A stretch of DNA of 64,000 nucleotides, from the IMG/VR virus record IMGVR_UViG_3300006149_000003. One strand, 5' to 3'. The notes under the pieces are model-generated. The model saw only the letters and a list, made by a program, of their open reading frames with translations, searched no databases and was not told where the DNA came from. Origin of the DNA: a virus (Duplodnaviria; Heunggongvirae; Uroviricota; Caudoviricetes). How positions within the stretch are numbered: the first letter of the stretch is position 1; each line of letters starts with the position of its first letter. Shown in pieces: positions 48,212 to 57,137 of the stretch. Both the position numbers and the translations under genes were made by a program.

Positions 48212-48988
48212 TTAAGAAATAATATCCTCGTCCAGCAGAATCTCGCTGATATGCACGGCGGTCACTCCGTTCATACCGGATTCTCCCAGGTGCTTCAGCA
48301 GCTTTTCCATAGCCTCATTGGTGCCATGGGCGGCAATCTGATAGCCCCTTGTCATGTTTCCGAATGTCACTACGACGGCGTACTTGGGAATGAAATGCTC
48401 GTCCTCGAACTCCTCCTTTGTAAGACCCTCCACGATGTCTTTGCCGCAGTTAGGACACTCGCAGAAAGAATCACCACAAACTTCTTCATCGTGGAGAACG
48501 TCAGTGGAGAAATACTCGCCACAGGCTTCACACTGAAGCACCTTGCCGTTGTCCATGTCGCTGGTATGGCACGGCCAGCACTGAACAAACTCCTCCGGCA
48601 TCCCGGAATTGACCAGCGTATAGTCTTCATCGTCCTTAATGATTTTGCCACAGGTCTTGCAGATTTTTTTCATAGGATTTTCCTCCCATTTTTCCATCGC
48701 CTCACTCAAAGAGGCGTAGCGATTTTTGATAGCAACATTCTCGTTAAACTCGTTGAAAATATGGAGAAACGCCTGCTCCATACTGGTGTAGCGGCGATTT
48801 TTCGTATCCTTTGTGCCTAAGCGTTTTCCAGTCACATGGAACAGATAGGGAGCATAAGAATCATCTTCACGCTCCAATTTCAGCTCCCAGCCATTGAAAG
48901 TGAAAGCGCTACTCTCACCAGGCTTCCACAACCTTTCCTCCGCCAGTGTCCGGCTGATGTATTCTTTGTCAAATGCCATAACTCGCAC
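48212..48988 (-). CDS. multi-zinc-finger protein
   Basis: CKTCGK...CWPCH...CEACG...CECPNCG. Confidence 0.4.
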   Translation of the reverse strand: MRVMAFDKEYISRTLAEERLWKPGESSAFTFNGWELKLEREDDSYAPYLFHVTGKRLGTKDTKNRRYTSMEQAFLHIFNEFNENVAIKNRYASLSEAMEKWEENPMKKICKTCGKIIKDDEDYTLVNSGMPEEFVQCWPCHTSDMDNGKVLQCEACGEYFSTDVLHDEEVCGDSFCECPNCGKDIVEGLTKEEFEDEHFIPKYAVVVTFGNMTRGYQIAAHGTNEAMEKLLKHLGESGMNGVTAVHISEILLDEDIIS

Positions 48989-48991
48989 CTT

Positions 48992-49029
48992 CTATTATAT
49001 TTACAGTTAGAAAACCGTGCTTGCTAACC
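48992..49029 (-). promoter_or_regulatory. promoter-like module copy 11
   Basis: CTATTATATTTACAG-N14-CTTGCTAACC. Confidence 0.6.
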
Positions 49030-49046
49030 ACGTTTGAAATAAAATA

Positions 49047-49070
49047 GGGGAGAGGTATCGTCCTCTCCCC
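49047..49070 (-). terminator. intrinsic terminator
   Basis: GGGGAGAGG-TATCGT-CCTCTCCCC with minus-strand T-run; follows gene 49084-49311. Confidence 0.6.
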
Positions 49071-49083
49071 TCGTAGGCCAACT

Positions 49084-49311
49084 TTATTCAAGGCCAGTGA
49101 TTGCCAGCAGCACATTGTACAAAACCCGCCAGTAGTCGGAGTTGTAGGGATTCTGCGCCGTGGCTTTGACCTGATACAGCGCGTTCAGCAGTTCTTCTCC
49201 TAACTTCCCATCGTCCTCCATGTTTGCCAGCTCGATCAGTTTTTCAGCGATGTCGTTGCAGTCGTAGTACGATGCTTCATTGTACTTTTTCAGATTTTCC
49301 AGCAGTTCCAT
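49084..49311 (-). CDS. hypothetical protein
   Basis: 75 aa. Confidence 0.4.
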   Translation of the reverse strand: MELLENLKKYNEASYYDCNDIAEKLIELANMEDDGKLGEELLNALYQVKATAQNPYNSDYWRVLYNVLLAITGLE

Positions 49312-49325
49312 GTATCTGCACCTCC

Positions 49326-49363
49326 TATTATAATTACAGGCAATAGAAAATGTTTTGCTAACC
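49326..49363 (-). promoter_or_regulatory. promoter-like module copy 12
   Basis: CTATTATAATTACAG-N14-TTTTGCTAACC. Confidence 0.6.
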
Positions 49364-49377
49364 TATTCCGAAAATAT

Positions 49378-49943
49378 TCAGCTTGCCGCCTCCACTACCG
49401 TATAATCGGACGGGATACGTTTTGCGGGAATGTAGGTGCCGTCAGCCGAATTGAACCAGAACGGACGCTTGAATTGATAGGCGGGCGCGTGCTTGACAAC
49501 TGTTTTTACACCGTCACCCCATCTGAATTGAATCTGCGCTCCGATAGGGAGATTGGATAGGGCGGTAGGGGACTTTTTCTTTTCCGTTGCTTTCTTGCAG
49601 TTCTCCCGCCATTCCAGCGCTCCCTTATAATCCGTAGGGGACAGCAGTTTAAGGATAGACTGCGGGCAGTCGTAGTAGAACGGGTGCATATCCTCGGACA
49701 TATCCTTGTAATAGAAATTGTAGTAGTCTTTCATGTCCGTCTGCGTCAAAACCACCAGTCCGTAAACATGACCTTTCGGATGATGCACCGCCGCATAGTA
49801 GACAGCACCCACCATCGAAGATTTCACCAGTTTGTGTCCGTCCTCTCCCTCATGGCAGAACAGCTCATAGTCAAGCTCCGCTTTCCGATCAATCGAACCG
49901 TTGCGCTTGTAATGCGTTGCGTGATAACTTGTCCAGCCCATTT
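49378..49943 (-). CDS. hypothetical protein
   Basis: Start MGWTSYH with AAGGAGG SD. Confidence 0.4.
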
Positions 49944-49952
49944 TACGCCTCC

Positions 49953-50171
49953 TTAATAAATCACGATCTCTTTGGTGAACAGCATATATAGCGACAGGGG
50001 AAACAGTAGCACCAGCGCCGTGGCGTCCTGATCTTCCGGCGTTGTACCAGTGGAACACAGCCACAACACAAAGGCACATACGACCAATAGCCCCAGCCCC
50101 ATCAGCTTTTGCTCAACCATCTTCCTCCGGTACAGCCGACACTGATTTCTTGTCGTTTGATAGCTTTTCAT
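49953..50171 (-). CDS. small membrane protein
   Basis: 72 aa, two TM helices. Confidence 0.35.
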   Translation of the reverse strand: MKSYQTTRNQCRLYRRKMVEQKLMGLGLLVVCAFVLWLCSTGTTPEDQDATALVLLFPLSLYMLFTKEIVIY

Positions 50172-50187
50172 GTAGTAGAACCACCTC

Positions 50188-50225
50188 CTATTCTTATAAC
50201 AGCTTGATTTTGTTGTTTGCTAACC
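50188..50225 (-). promoter_or_regulatory. promoter-like module copy 13 (spacer carries AACAAAATCAAG leader motif)
   Basis: CTATTCTTATAACAG-CTTGATTTTGTTG-TTTGCTAACC. Confidence 0.6.
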
Positions 50226-50242
50226 ACTAAAGCGAAAAAAAA

Positions 50243-50268
50243 GGTGGAGAGGGAAAATCCTCTCCACC
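50243..50268 (-). terminator. intrinsic terminator
   Basis: GGTGGAGAGG-GAAAAT-CCTCTCCACC preceded on the plus strand by A8; follows gene 50275-50460. Confidence 0.6.
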
Positions 50269-50274
50269 TTGCAT

Positions 50275-50460
50275 TTACACCGTGTCATCCACCTTAAAAG
50301 TGACCATGTTACGTTTGTTGTCGCCAGCTTCAAACTCGCCAGATTTTTCATCTTCCAGCGTGATACGGTTTACCACTGTCAACAGCGCATCCCGAATAAC
50401 CGCATCATCCTGGATGCCGTCTGCCTCTTTGCCCGTAGGCATACAAATCACAATACGCAT
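50275..50460 (-). CDS. hypothetical small protein
   Basis: Start MRIVIC with GAGGAGGAG SD. Confidence 0.35.
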   Translation of the reverse strand: MRIVICMPTGKEADGIQDDAVIRDALLTVVNRITLEDEKSGEFEAGDNKRNMVTFKVDDTV

Positions 50461-50471
50461 TTCGCTCCTCC

Positions 50472-50681
50472 TCAATATTTGATCTCTATACGCTTGTTTT
50501 TGTTTTCGATTGCCTCGGCCAGCCGTGACTTGACGCTCTGATAATTTTCCCACATATGTGCAGCCAGCGCCTGTTCCATAGATGTAGCCCCGTCAGCCGT
50601 CATAGTGGCATCCAATCTGCGGGATTCTTCTTCCAGCAAATTGATTAGCCACGACACCTCCGTTTTTGTAAATGTTTTCAC
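50472..50681 (-). CDS. hypothetical protein
   Basis: 69 aa. Confidence 0.35.
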   Translation of the reverse strand: MKTFTKTEVSWLINLLEEESRRLDATMTADGATSMEQALAAHMWENYQSVKSRLAEAIENKNKRIEIKY

Positions 50682-51055
50682 GATCTCGCCTCCAACTCTT
50701 TCCGGTCATTGCTTCCATGCTCAATCTCCCATCCGTCCGCTATCCGATCTCCACCAGGGAAACGATAGACAGGGAACTCCCCGAAGTCCAGGTACTGGAA
50801 TGTCCCGATATATCCGTCCGTCGTCTTGATGTACTTGGGATATAGCTGTTTGACCAGCTCATAATTCTTGGCCTGCTGCTCTGTCAGCGGCTTCTCATAG
50901 TCGATATAACCCCATGCGTCCCGCTGAATATCGTAACAGGGCTTCCGCTCGTCGAAGTTTTCCCATCCCAGCACTTTGTTGTCTTTTGACATAGGAAAAG
51001 TCATGGGAGAAATAGGACGCTGTGTTGAATAGTATCTGTAGCTCATGGAATGCAC
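50678..51055 (-). CDS. hypothetical protein
   Basis: 125 aa. Confidence 0.4.
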   Translation of the reverse strand: MHSMSYRYYSTQRPISPMTFPMSKDNKVLGWENFDERKPCYDIQRDAWGYIDYEKPLTEQQAKNYELVKQLYPKYIKTTDGYIGTFQYLDFGEFPVYRFPGGDRIADGWEIEHGSNDRKELEARS

Positions 51056-51057
51056 CT

Positions 51058-51096
51058 CCTATTTATATAACAGCTTTAATTTTCCTTGTGCTAACC
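51058..51096 (-). promoter_or_regulatory. promoter-like module copy 14
   Basis: CTATTTATATAACAG-N15-TGCTAACC. Confidence 0.55.
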
Positions 51097-51280
51097 ACTA
51101 AAGCAAAAAAAGCGGGCAGGGACAAACCCCACCCGCAAAAAAATCACTCCTCATCGTCACTGGCCGGCTCATATGTGTCGCACCCGTCAGCAGAAATATT
51201 GATTGCCTCTCCACCATAGCCACATTTTCCACACCAGAAAAACTCGCAATCAGTACGGCTACACATAACTTCTTGCATTT

Positions 51281-51585
51281 TTACACCTCCATTCCACGAT
51301 TAAACTTTTCCTGGTCAATTACACAGCAGATCGCGCTCATAGCGTCCATAAGTTCCATGACACAACTGTCTCCCACCTCTTTCTCTCGCATTCTTTCAGA
51401 CCAGCGGCTATACAGCATCACCGTCATATCCCGCACATTCTGAAGCTCAATGTCATTGCGGGACTTGATTTCCAGCGTGGACATGATCTTCTCTGCCTCC
51501 GCTCCGCTCACGATGCCTCTCTGTGTCGGCCTATACGCCTCTTTCAATTCCATGATGGCGTGAAAATCGGTCTTTGTTGTCATAT
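51281..51585 (-). CDS. hypothetical protein
   Basis: Start MTTKTDF after AGGAGGTG. Confidence 0.4.
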
Positions 51586-51595
51586 TCGACACCTC

Positions 51596-51936
51596 CTAAA
51601 AGTTTTCACATCGTTTGGCGTTACATCCCAGCCACAGCGCGGCCTGCTTCCAGATTGCGTCATGTCCGTGGTTTTTGTTATGCACCTTTGTGACATAAAG
51701 ATGAGCGTATTCGTGCCGAATAACATTGATTATATGTTCCACCGCTCCATGCTCCATCAGCCGCTCCGCAAACACAAGCTCCTTGATGTAATACTTCTGA
51801 CCTTTTCGTTGCCAGCAGCACTTGCCCCATGTTCTCGTCATTCTGGACGATATGCGAATTGGTACTTCACTGGTATCCAGGCCAGAAATTTTATCCAGCC
51901 GGTTCATTTCTTCACGAATGATACTTGTGTCCATGC
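51596..51936 (-). CDS. SprT-like zinc metalloprotease domain protein
   Basis: HEYAHL (HExxH) plus downstream His; start MDTSII after GGGAGGTG. Confidence 0.45.
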
Positions 51937-51946
51937 CGACACCTCC

Positions 51947-51983
51947 CATTGATATAACATCCAGATTTATGTATCTGCTAACC
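51947..51983 (-). promoter_or_regulatory. promoter-like module copy 15
   Basis: CATTGATATAACAT-N14-CTGCTAACC. Confidence 0.5.
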
Positions 51984-52034
51984 GAACACAAAAAAAACGG
52001 GGAGAAAGTTTTATCTCTCTCCCCGTTGTCCGTT

Positions 52035-52334
52035 CTACACCGCAGCCTGCTCCTGCCGCAGCTTCCAGTTGTTCATACGCTCCCGCTCCATCTTCATCGC
52101 CTCCACGTGGCCCGCCGCAGCCCTCGCAGCCCACCTCGCAGCCCGCTTGGGGTTGCGGGACTGCGCCTTGGCGTTGACCGTCTGTGCCTCTCCCCAAGAC
52201 GGGATGCCAGCCGCACGATGACGGCGATACTCCGCCTTGGTGATCTCCACCGCACCGTCCAGGATGTCCAGCCGCGTCGCATGGGCAACAAACTTCTGCC
52301 CGTTCTTCTCGCCGATCATGTACTGCTTCTTCAT
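52035..52334 (-). CDS. hypothetical basic protein
   Basis: 99 aa, Arg/Ala-rich C-terminus. Confidence 0.35.
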   Translation of the reverse strand: MKKQYMIGEKNGQKFVAHATRLDILDGAVEITKAEYRRHRAAGIPSWGEAQTVNAKAQSRNPKRAARWAARAAAGHVEAMKMERERMNNWKLRQEQAAV

Positions 52335-52375
52335 GTTGTGTTCCTCCGTTTTATTTTTTTTGTTGGGATGTCTCC

Positions 52376-52413
52376 CATTCTTTTTTACAGGTGAATAAAT
52401 CCGCTTGCTAACC
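52376..52413 (-). promoter_or_regulatory. promoter-like module copy 16
   Basis: CATTCTTTTTTACAG-N14-CTTGCTAACC. Confidence 0.55.
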
Positions 52414-52458
52414 TATCACATAAAAAAAGCGGGCCAGCTTTTCGCCAGCCCGCTCACA

Positions 52459-52890
52459 TCATTCACACCACGCCTTTTTCCGTCCGGTACTTGAATACCA
52501 GGGATGATAGTCAAACTCGCCCCGCTTATTGGAGAGAAACCGGCGCAGCCGCTCTTTATCTTCCCGCCCCATCCAGCAAGTCAAGTTCGGATTGTCCCAT
52601 CTCCCATTGTGCCGCTCCTTGCGTAGCATGGACTTTACAGCGGCAATCAACCAATCTTGGTTAATATCCAGCATATCACAGACAGTAGCCAGACTCCAGC
52701 CGATCTGCCTGGAGCGCTCGGCCAATTCGCCCAGCCGATACGCCTCAGAGCCTCCCAGCGTTGAAACCCAGAGGTAAGCATCAGGGGAATACCCCTTGTT
52801 TTTCCGAACTTCCAAATTATACTTCTTACCCTCTGCCTCAGCATCGAAAAGCTCACATACGAGAGACACCAATTTTTCAACATCGTACAT
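52459..52890 (-). CDS. hypothetical protein
   Basis: 143 aa. Confidence 0.4.
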   Translation of the reverse strand: MYDVEKLVSLVCELFDAEAEGKKYNLEVRKNKGYSPDAYLWVSTLGGSEAYRLGELAERSRQIGWSLATVCDMLDINQDWLIAAVKSMLRKERHNGRWDNPNLTCWMGREDKERLRRFLSNKRGEFDYHPWYSSTGRKKAWCE

Positions 52891-52941
52891 ACCAATACCT
52901 CCATTATTATATAGCAGTTTTGTGTTGGCTTCTATTACTAT

Positions 52942-52979
52942 TACAGAGAATTTTCAGGTTTTGCTAACCGTCAAAATAA
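52942..52979 (-). promoter_or_regulatory. promoter-like module copy 17
   Basis: CTATTACTATTACAG-N13-TTTTGCTAACC. Confidence 0.6.
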
Positions 52980-53017
52980 AAAAGTTTTGGCCGGGAGAAA
53001 TCCCGGCCTCCACCTTA

Positions 53018-53776
53018 TCAGCTATTCGCTTCCCGCATATATTCCCGTCTCGCGGCCCAATATGCTTTCCTTTGCGTCTCCGTGAAATGCAGCTCGTCAA
53101 AATACTGCTCAACCTCGTTTTCATCGTGGCCGTGGTACTGAATATTGCCGAACGCGCTCAGGGTATCCCAGTCCGCCTGCCAGTTGATTGCATACTCGTG
53201 ATTTGCCATCTCGTACTTAAAAGCGGACTTCCAATACTCAAAATTGTCTCCCATAGCGTCCCGCGCCGCTTCCAGCCGCTGGAAAAGTGCAATGTGTTCC
53301 CGTACAAAATCGGCGTTGGTGTAGTAGGCAAAACCGACAGGATTGAAAATCATCGTGGCGATTTTCTTCTTGCGCTCCTCTACCTCCTGCTTTGTGCCTC
53401 CGGCGTCAAATAGGGAGATGTTGTCCTCCTGCATCCCGTAGTAGTTATGGAGATATCTGCTTCGGCGCTCGTATTCAGCATAATCCGACAGGGGAGAGGC
53501 GATTTCCTCCAGCGTAAAGAGAATGTTGCCCAGCTTCTCCACATAAACCTCCCGCAGCTGCTTCTGCGTTGCTTTCCTCCACTTGTGATGTAGCTCGTAG
53601 TCGTTCGCGTAGTAAATATGGTGGCCGTTCTTGAATACCAGACAGCTATACCCGAAGTAGCCGCCGAAGTCCACCAGATAAACCGTGTGCCCCTTTACGT
53701 CCAGCTTTTCCAGCGCGATAGCGGCGGCATCCGTTTCCGTCATGGCCTGAATCATGTCGATTGTGTAGTTTTTCAT
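53018..53776 (-). CDS. hypothetical protein
   Basis: Start MKNYTID after AAGGAGGG. Confidence 0.4.
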   Translation of the reverse strand: MKNYTIDMIQAMTETDAAAIALEKLDVKGHTVYLVDFGGYFGYSCLVFKNGHHIYYANDYELHHKWRKATQKQLREVYVEKLGNILFTLEEIASPLSDYAEYERRSRYLHNYYGMQEDNISLFDAGGTKQEVEERKKKIATMIFNPVGFAYYTNADFVREHIALFQRLEAARDAMGDNFEYWKSAFKYEMANHEYAINWQADWDTLSAFGNIQYHGHDENEVEQYFDELHFTETQRKAYWAARREYMREANS

Positions 53777-53801
53777 TTTTAGCCCTCCTTGCGGCAAAAC
53801 T

Positions 53802-53839
53802 CTATTGTTATTACAGAGCGTTTCCGGCGTTTGCTAACC
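53802..53839 (-). promoter_or_regulatory. promoter-like module copy 18
   Basis: CTATTGTTATTACAG-N13-TTTGCTAACC. Confidence 0.6.
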
Positions 53840-53856
53840 ATTCAGAAATAAAAATA

Positions 53857-53880
53857 GGGCGCTCCGTCTCCAGAGCGCCC
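53857..53880 (-). terminator. intrinsic terminator
   Basis: GGGCGCTC-CGTCTCCA-GAGCGCCC preceded by an A-run on the plus strand. Confidence 0.55.
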
Positions 53881-53886
53881 ACAAAT

Positions 53887-54033
53887 TTAATCGTCATCTT
53901 CATCATGTAAAGAACAGCTGCACCAGCATTGCGTTTCTTCCTCATAATATTCACTTAAAGGATTTTCACATACTCCAGCCGTTACATCCCACTCCCGTTC
54001 TCTGTTCCAGCATGGACAGTCTCTACATAGCAT
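53887..54033 (-). CDS. small Cys-rich protein (48 aa), not in ORF track
   Basis: AGGAGG SD then ATG: MLCRDCPCWNREREWDVTAGVCENPLSEYYEEETQCWCSCSLHDEDDD. Confidence 0.35.
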   Translation of the reverse strand: MLCRDCPCWNREREWDVTAGVCENPLSEYYEEETQCWCSCSLHDEDDD

Positions 54034-54186
54034 AAAAATCCTCCTTTACTATGACAAACTGAATTTTCAAAAGCTCCTCAATCGTTCCGTTCCTCAGAAC
54101 CTTCCGATTTTTCGCCTCGATCTCCTTGGCCTCCGCCTCAGTAATCTCTTTATCGCCGATGAAGTATTGCTTCAATCTTTCGCCTC

Positions 54187-54223
54187 CATTACTATTACAG
54201 GATGAAATGGGTATTTGCTAACC
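54187..54223 (-). promoter_or_regulatory. promoter-like module copy 19
   Basis: CATTACTATTACAG-N13-TTTGCTAACC. Confidence 0.6.
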
Positions 54224-54265
54224 GTTTCTAAAAAATAGCCGGGGAATTTTCTCCCCGGCCAGCGC

Positions 54266-54826
54266 TCACAGATAGATTGCCAGCATAGTTTCAGCCTCTG
54301 CAATCTCCTTTCTCGTGCGCTCCAATGCGTTCCGTTCACACTCTATACCGTGAATCCATCCCTCAGACTCCGACTCGGCCAGGTCTGCTAAAATATCCTC
54401 TAACGCCTCTTGCAAATCGGCAATCTTTGCGCGGTAACGGCGGATACGCTGCTCCAGCTTCTCCGGCGCATTCTCCCGCGCCCACGCCGCCCATTTGCGC
54501 TTGCGCTCCATGCGCTCCTCAGCTTCCTGACGCTTCTCCTCAGCGTGGCGACGACCTGCATCCTCAGCCTCAGCCGGTGTAAATCCAAAAGTAATCTGCC
54601 CGCAGCCATTCAGTTTGGAGTAATTCAAGAAAACTTTCCTCCCGCTCCACTCCAATGTATAGTAATTGTGGCGGTAATAGTCTCCCTGAAACTGAGCAAC
54701 CATCGTGGTATGTTTTTCCATCTTTTCGATGCAGATGGCCGTCTGCTTCCGTGACAGCCACATACCCTTATTTGTGCCGGCTCGCTCCAAGAGTGAAGGA
54801 AGAAATGTGTCATAAAACCAATTCAT
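54266..54826 (-). CDS. hypothetical protein with basic/acidic coiled-coil C-terminus
   Basis: 186 aa; AGGAGG SD. Confidence 0.4.
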   Translation of the reverse strand: MNWFYDTFLPSLLERAGTNKGMWLSRKQTAICIEKMEKHTTMVAQFQGDYYRHNYYTLEWSGRKVFLNYSKLNGCGQITFGFTPAEAEDAGRRHAEEKRQEAEERMERKRKWAAWARENAPEKLEQRIRRYRAKIADLQEALEDILADLAESESEGWIHGIECERNALERTRKEIAEAETMLAIYL

Positions 54827-54860
54827 TATGTATGCCTCCTGATTTGAAATTTTGTGTCCT

Positions 54861-54898
54861 CTATTCTTATTACAGCGCTAAAATATGTTTTGCTAACC
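54861..54898 (-). promoter_or_regulatory. promoter-like module copy 20 (exact consensus)
   Basis: CTATTCTTATTACAG-N14-TTTTGCTAACC. Confidence 0.65.
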
Positions 54899-54940
54899 AT
54901 GAAAAAGAAAAAGCGGCGGGAATATTCCCGCCGCTACCGT

Positions 54941-55270
54941 TCACACTGCCAGACTAACCCGAATTGCCTGATTGACCTGCTCCTGCGTGTCCGTATCAAT
55001 CCGTCCCAGATGTCTACCCAGACGGCGCTTGTCAATCGTTCTGATCTGTTCCAGTTCCACAAAAGACGGGCGCTGGAGACAGTGCAAATTTACGTGCGTG
55101 GGGAACCTGGACTTGCGCATCCGGCTACTAATCGGCGCAATAATCACCGTGGGCGAATAGGTGTTCCCTGTGTTGTTTTGGATAACCAGCACTGGCCTAA
55201 CTCCGCCTTGCTCACTGCCCCCCGATACCGTCAAATCCGCCATGTAGATTTCTCCGCGTTTGACTTCCAT
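54941..55270 (-). CDS. mazF: MazF/EndoA (PemK-family) endoribonuclease toxin
   Basis: Near-collinear with B. subtilis EndoA: MEVKRGEIYMADL..GSEQGGVRPVLVIQN...PTVIIAPISS...ELEQIRTIDKRRL. Confidence 0.8.
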   Translation of the reverse strand: MEVKRGEIYMADLTVSGGSEQGGVRPVLVIQNNTGNTYSPTVIIAPISSRMRKSRFPTHVNLHCLQRPSFVELEQIRTIDKRRLGRHLGRIDTDTQEQVNQAIRVSLAV

Positions 55271-55527
55271 TATTGTAGCCTCCTTCCGTCCCAAATGACA
55301 TTAAATTGAACCCGTGGCCGCTCGATCATGTAGCACCAGCTATCCGCGTGCGCCTCATCCGCCGCCTGCATTTTGGGGATATACATTCCATCATCCACCT
55401 CGAAAATAGCGATCCAGCCGTCGTTCATTGTGGCGAACGCATAGTCAATCCCGTTGAAATGCTTGCGGACTACATGACCCGTTCCGTTTTCGGCTACCCA
55501 CTTTTCAAAGCCGTTCCTATCCAGCAT
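55270..55527 (-). CDS. hypothetical protein translationally coupled to mazF (candidate non-canonical antitoxin)
   Basis: 85 aa; its TAA overlaps the mazF ATG (TAATG); not RHH/AbrB-like. Confidence 0.4.
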   Translation of the reverse strand: MLDRNGFEKWVAENGTGHVVRKHFNGIDYAFATMNDGWIAIFEVDDGMYIPKMQAADEAHADSWCYMIERPRVQFNVIWDGRRLQ

Positions 55528-55564
55528 GATTGCACCTCCGATTGTTTCAGACTTATTGCCCGTT

Positions 55565-55602
55565 CTATTCTTATTACAGGCGATTTCCCGCCTTTGCTAA
55601 CC
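55565..55602 (-). promoter_or_regulatory. promoter-like module copy 21
   Basis: CTATTCTTATTACAG-N14-CTTTGCTAACC. Confidence 0.65.
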
Positions 55603-55824
55603 ATTCCGACAAAAAAATAACGGCGGGAAAATTCCCGCCGTTCAGCTGTTCCGCTATCATACCTCCCGATATACGCAGCCCGTCCAGACCTGTTCCGTAG
55701 TACCAGGGCATCCGTCCACCGCACGACCAAGCCGCTTGCACCTCCAGCAAATGCTGTTGAGCTTTTCCAGGCCACCCAGCCAATCCACAGAGCGGATATA
55801 ATCGCAGATGTCCGGGTTATAGTC

Positions 55825-56010
55825 CTACTCCAAAATGTACTTGCACAGCGCGGCCTGTACTTGAGCGTTGTTTCTGGCATTCATCGCCCGTGTAATCTCT
55901 CCGCCTATGTAATATCCAAAAATTCTCTGCTCCTCCATGCAGTAGTTATAGAAGTCTTTCGCGTCATACGGTTCGCCGTCCTTACGGTCAAGAATCCTGT
56001 CAACGATCAT
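55825..56010 (-). CDS. hypothetical small protein
   Basis: Start MIVDRIL preceded by the ACAAAATTCAAGGAGG leader. Confidence 0.35.
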   Translation of the reverse strand: MIVDRILDRKDGEPYDAKDFYNYCMEEQRIFGYYIGGEITRAMNARNNAQVQAALCKYILE

Positions 56011-56042
56011 TTTGTGTTCCTCCTTGAATTTTGTTTTGGCCT

Positions 56043-56080
56043 CTGTTATAATTACAGAAAGATTTTCCGCTTTGCTAACC
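56043..56080 (-). promoter_or_regulatory. promoter-like module copy 22
   Basis: CTGTTATAATTACAG-N13-TTTGCTAACC. Confidence 0.6.
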
Positions 56081-56423
56081 AATCCATCAAATTTTCCAGG
56101 GGACAAAAAAATGAGATTATACGATAATCCATGGATGGCCGTTACCTATCTATTAGGTGCAAGCGCTAAAGGCTTAAAGAATTGCCTCCAAAATGCCATT
56201 GATAAAAGAGATGATAGAAAAGAATCCGAATCCAGAGCGAACCTTCCCACAAATGACCAGGAGCGCAAACGATATAACGCAACACACAAACGACGGGAAA
56301 GGGGAGCCACAATTTCCCTTGTGGCATCCGTTTAATACCATCCATTCTTTATGGCCTCTGGTATTCCTTTTTTGGCAAATACTGAAATGAAAAAAGGCGG
56401 GGAATTTCCCCGCCTCCGTTCCT

Positions 56424-56774
56424 TTATGCGCAAAATGTCAACAGCTTTTTCATGTTATACCGGCCTGCGACCTCCAGTTTTTCCTCCGTCCGTCCTCCTA
56501 CAACCTGCCACGCTTCACCGTTCTTTTTCCGTGTGAACGTCTCCGCGATATACTCGCCCGTTCCATCATAGTGCTTGAAGTAGTAAACGCGGCGGATTGT
56601 CTGCTCCGTCTCCGTCTCCGCTATAACCTTTTGAAAGGCCGGGTACTCGTTCCCGTAGGCGGGATTGTAGAGGTAGTTTGCGATGTCGAACTTGTAGCCG
56701 TTCGGCGCTTCCAGCTTCCGGATTTTGTTTATGTATTCCGGTTTGAGATTTCTTGCCATGTTCGTAACCTCCAA
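56424..56774 (-). CDS. hypothetical protein
   Basis: 116 aa. Confidence 0.4.
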   Translation of the reverse strand: MEVTNMARNLKPEYINKIRKLEAPNGYKFDIANYLYNPAYGNEYPAFQKVIAETETEQTIRRVYYFKHYDGTGEYIAETFTRKKNGEAWQVVGGRTEEKLEVAGRYNMKKLLTFCA

Positions 56775-56795
56775 AAATTTGTTGTGGGCGTTGCC

Positions 56796-56834
56796 TCTAT
56801 TCTTATTACAGCCCCTTTTCCCGTTCTGCTAACC
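56796..56834 (-). promoter_or_regulatory. promoter-like module copy 23
   Basis: CTATTCTTATTACAG-N15-CTGCTAACC. Confidence 0.6.
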
Positions 56835-56894
56835 GTTTCAAAAAATCTTTTTGAGATGACAAAAGGCCGGGGATAATTCCCCGGCCCGCCGTCT

Positions 56895-57116
56895 TTATGC
56901 CTCCAGAATCGCCTTGATTGTCTCATCCGTCGTGATGATCTCCCGATTGTAGAGACTGAGCGCCCGCGCCACGTTGCGGAATTTTTCGGCCTTGTGTTCC
57001 TCTTTCATCAGAGTATTTCCCGCTATCCGCTCCATAACATCGGCGGCATAGTCCAGCACAAACTTTTTCATGTGTTCAACTCCTTCCATGTTCAGCGGGC
57101 GGACACCTCGCAGCAT
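56895..57116 (-). CDS. hypothetical protein
   Basis: 73 aa. Confidence 0.35.
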   Translation of the reverse strand: MLRGVRPLNMEGVEHMKKFVLDYAADVMERIAGNTLMKEEHKAEKFRNVARALSLYNREIITTDETIKAILEA

Positions 57117-57137
57117 CCGCCCGCCGTTTCTGTTCTG

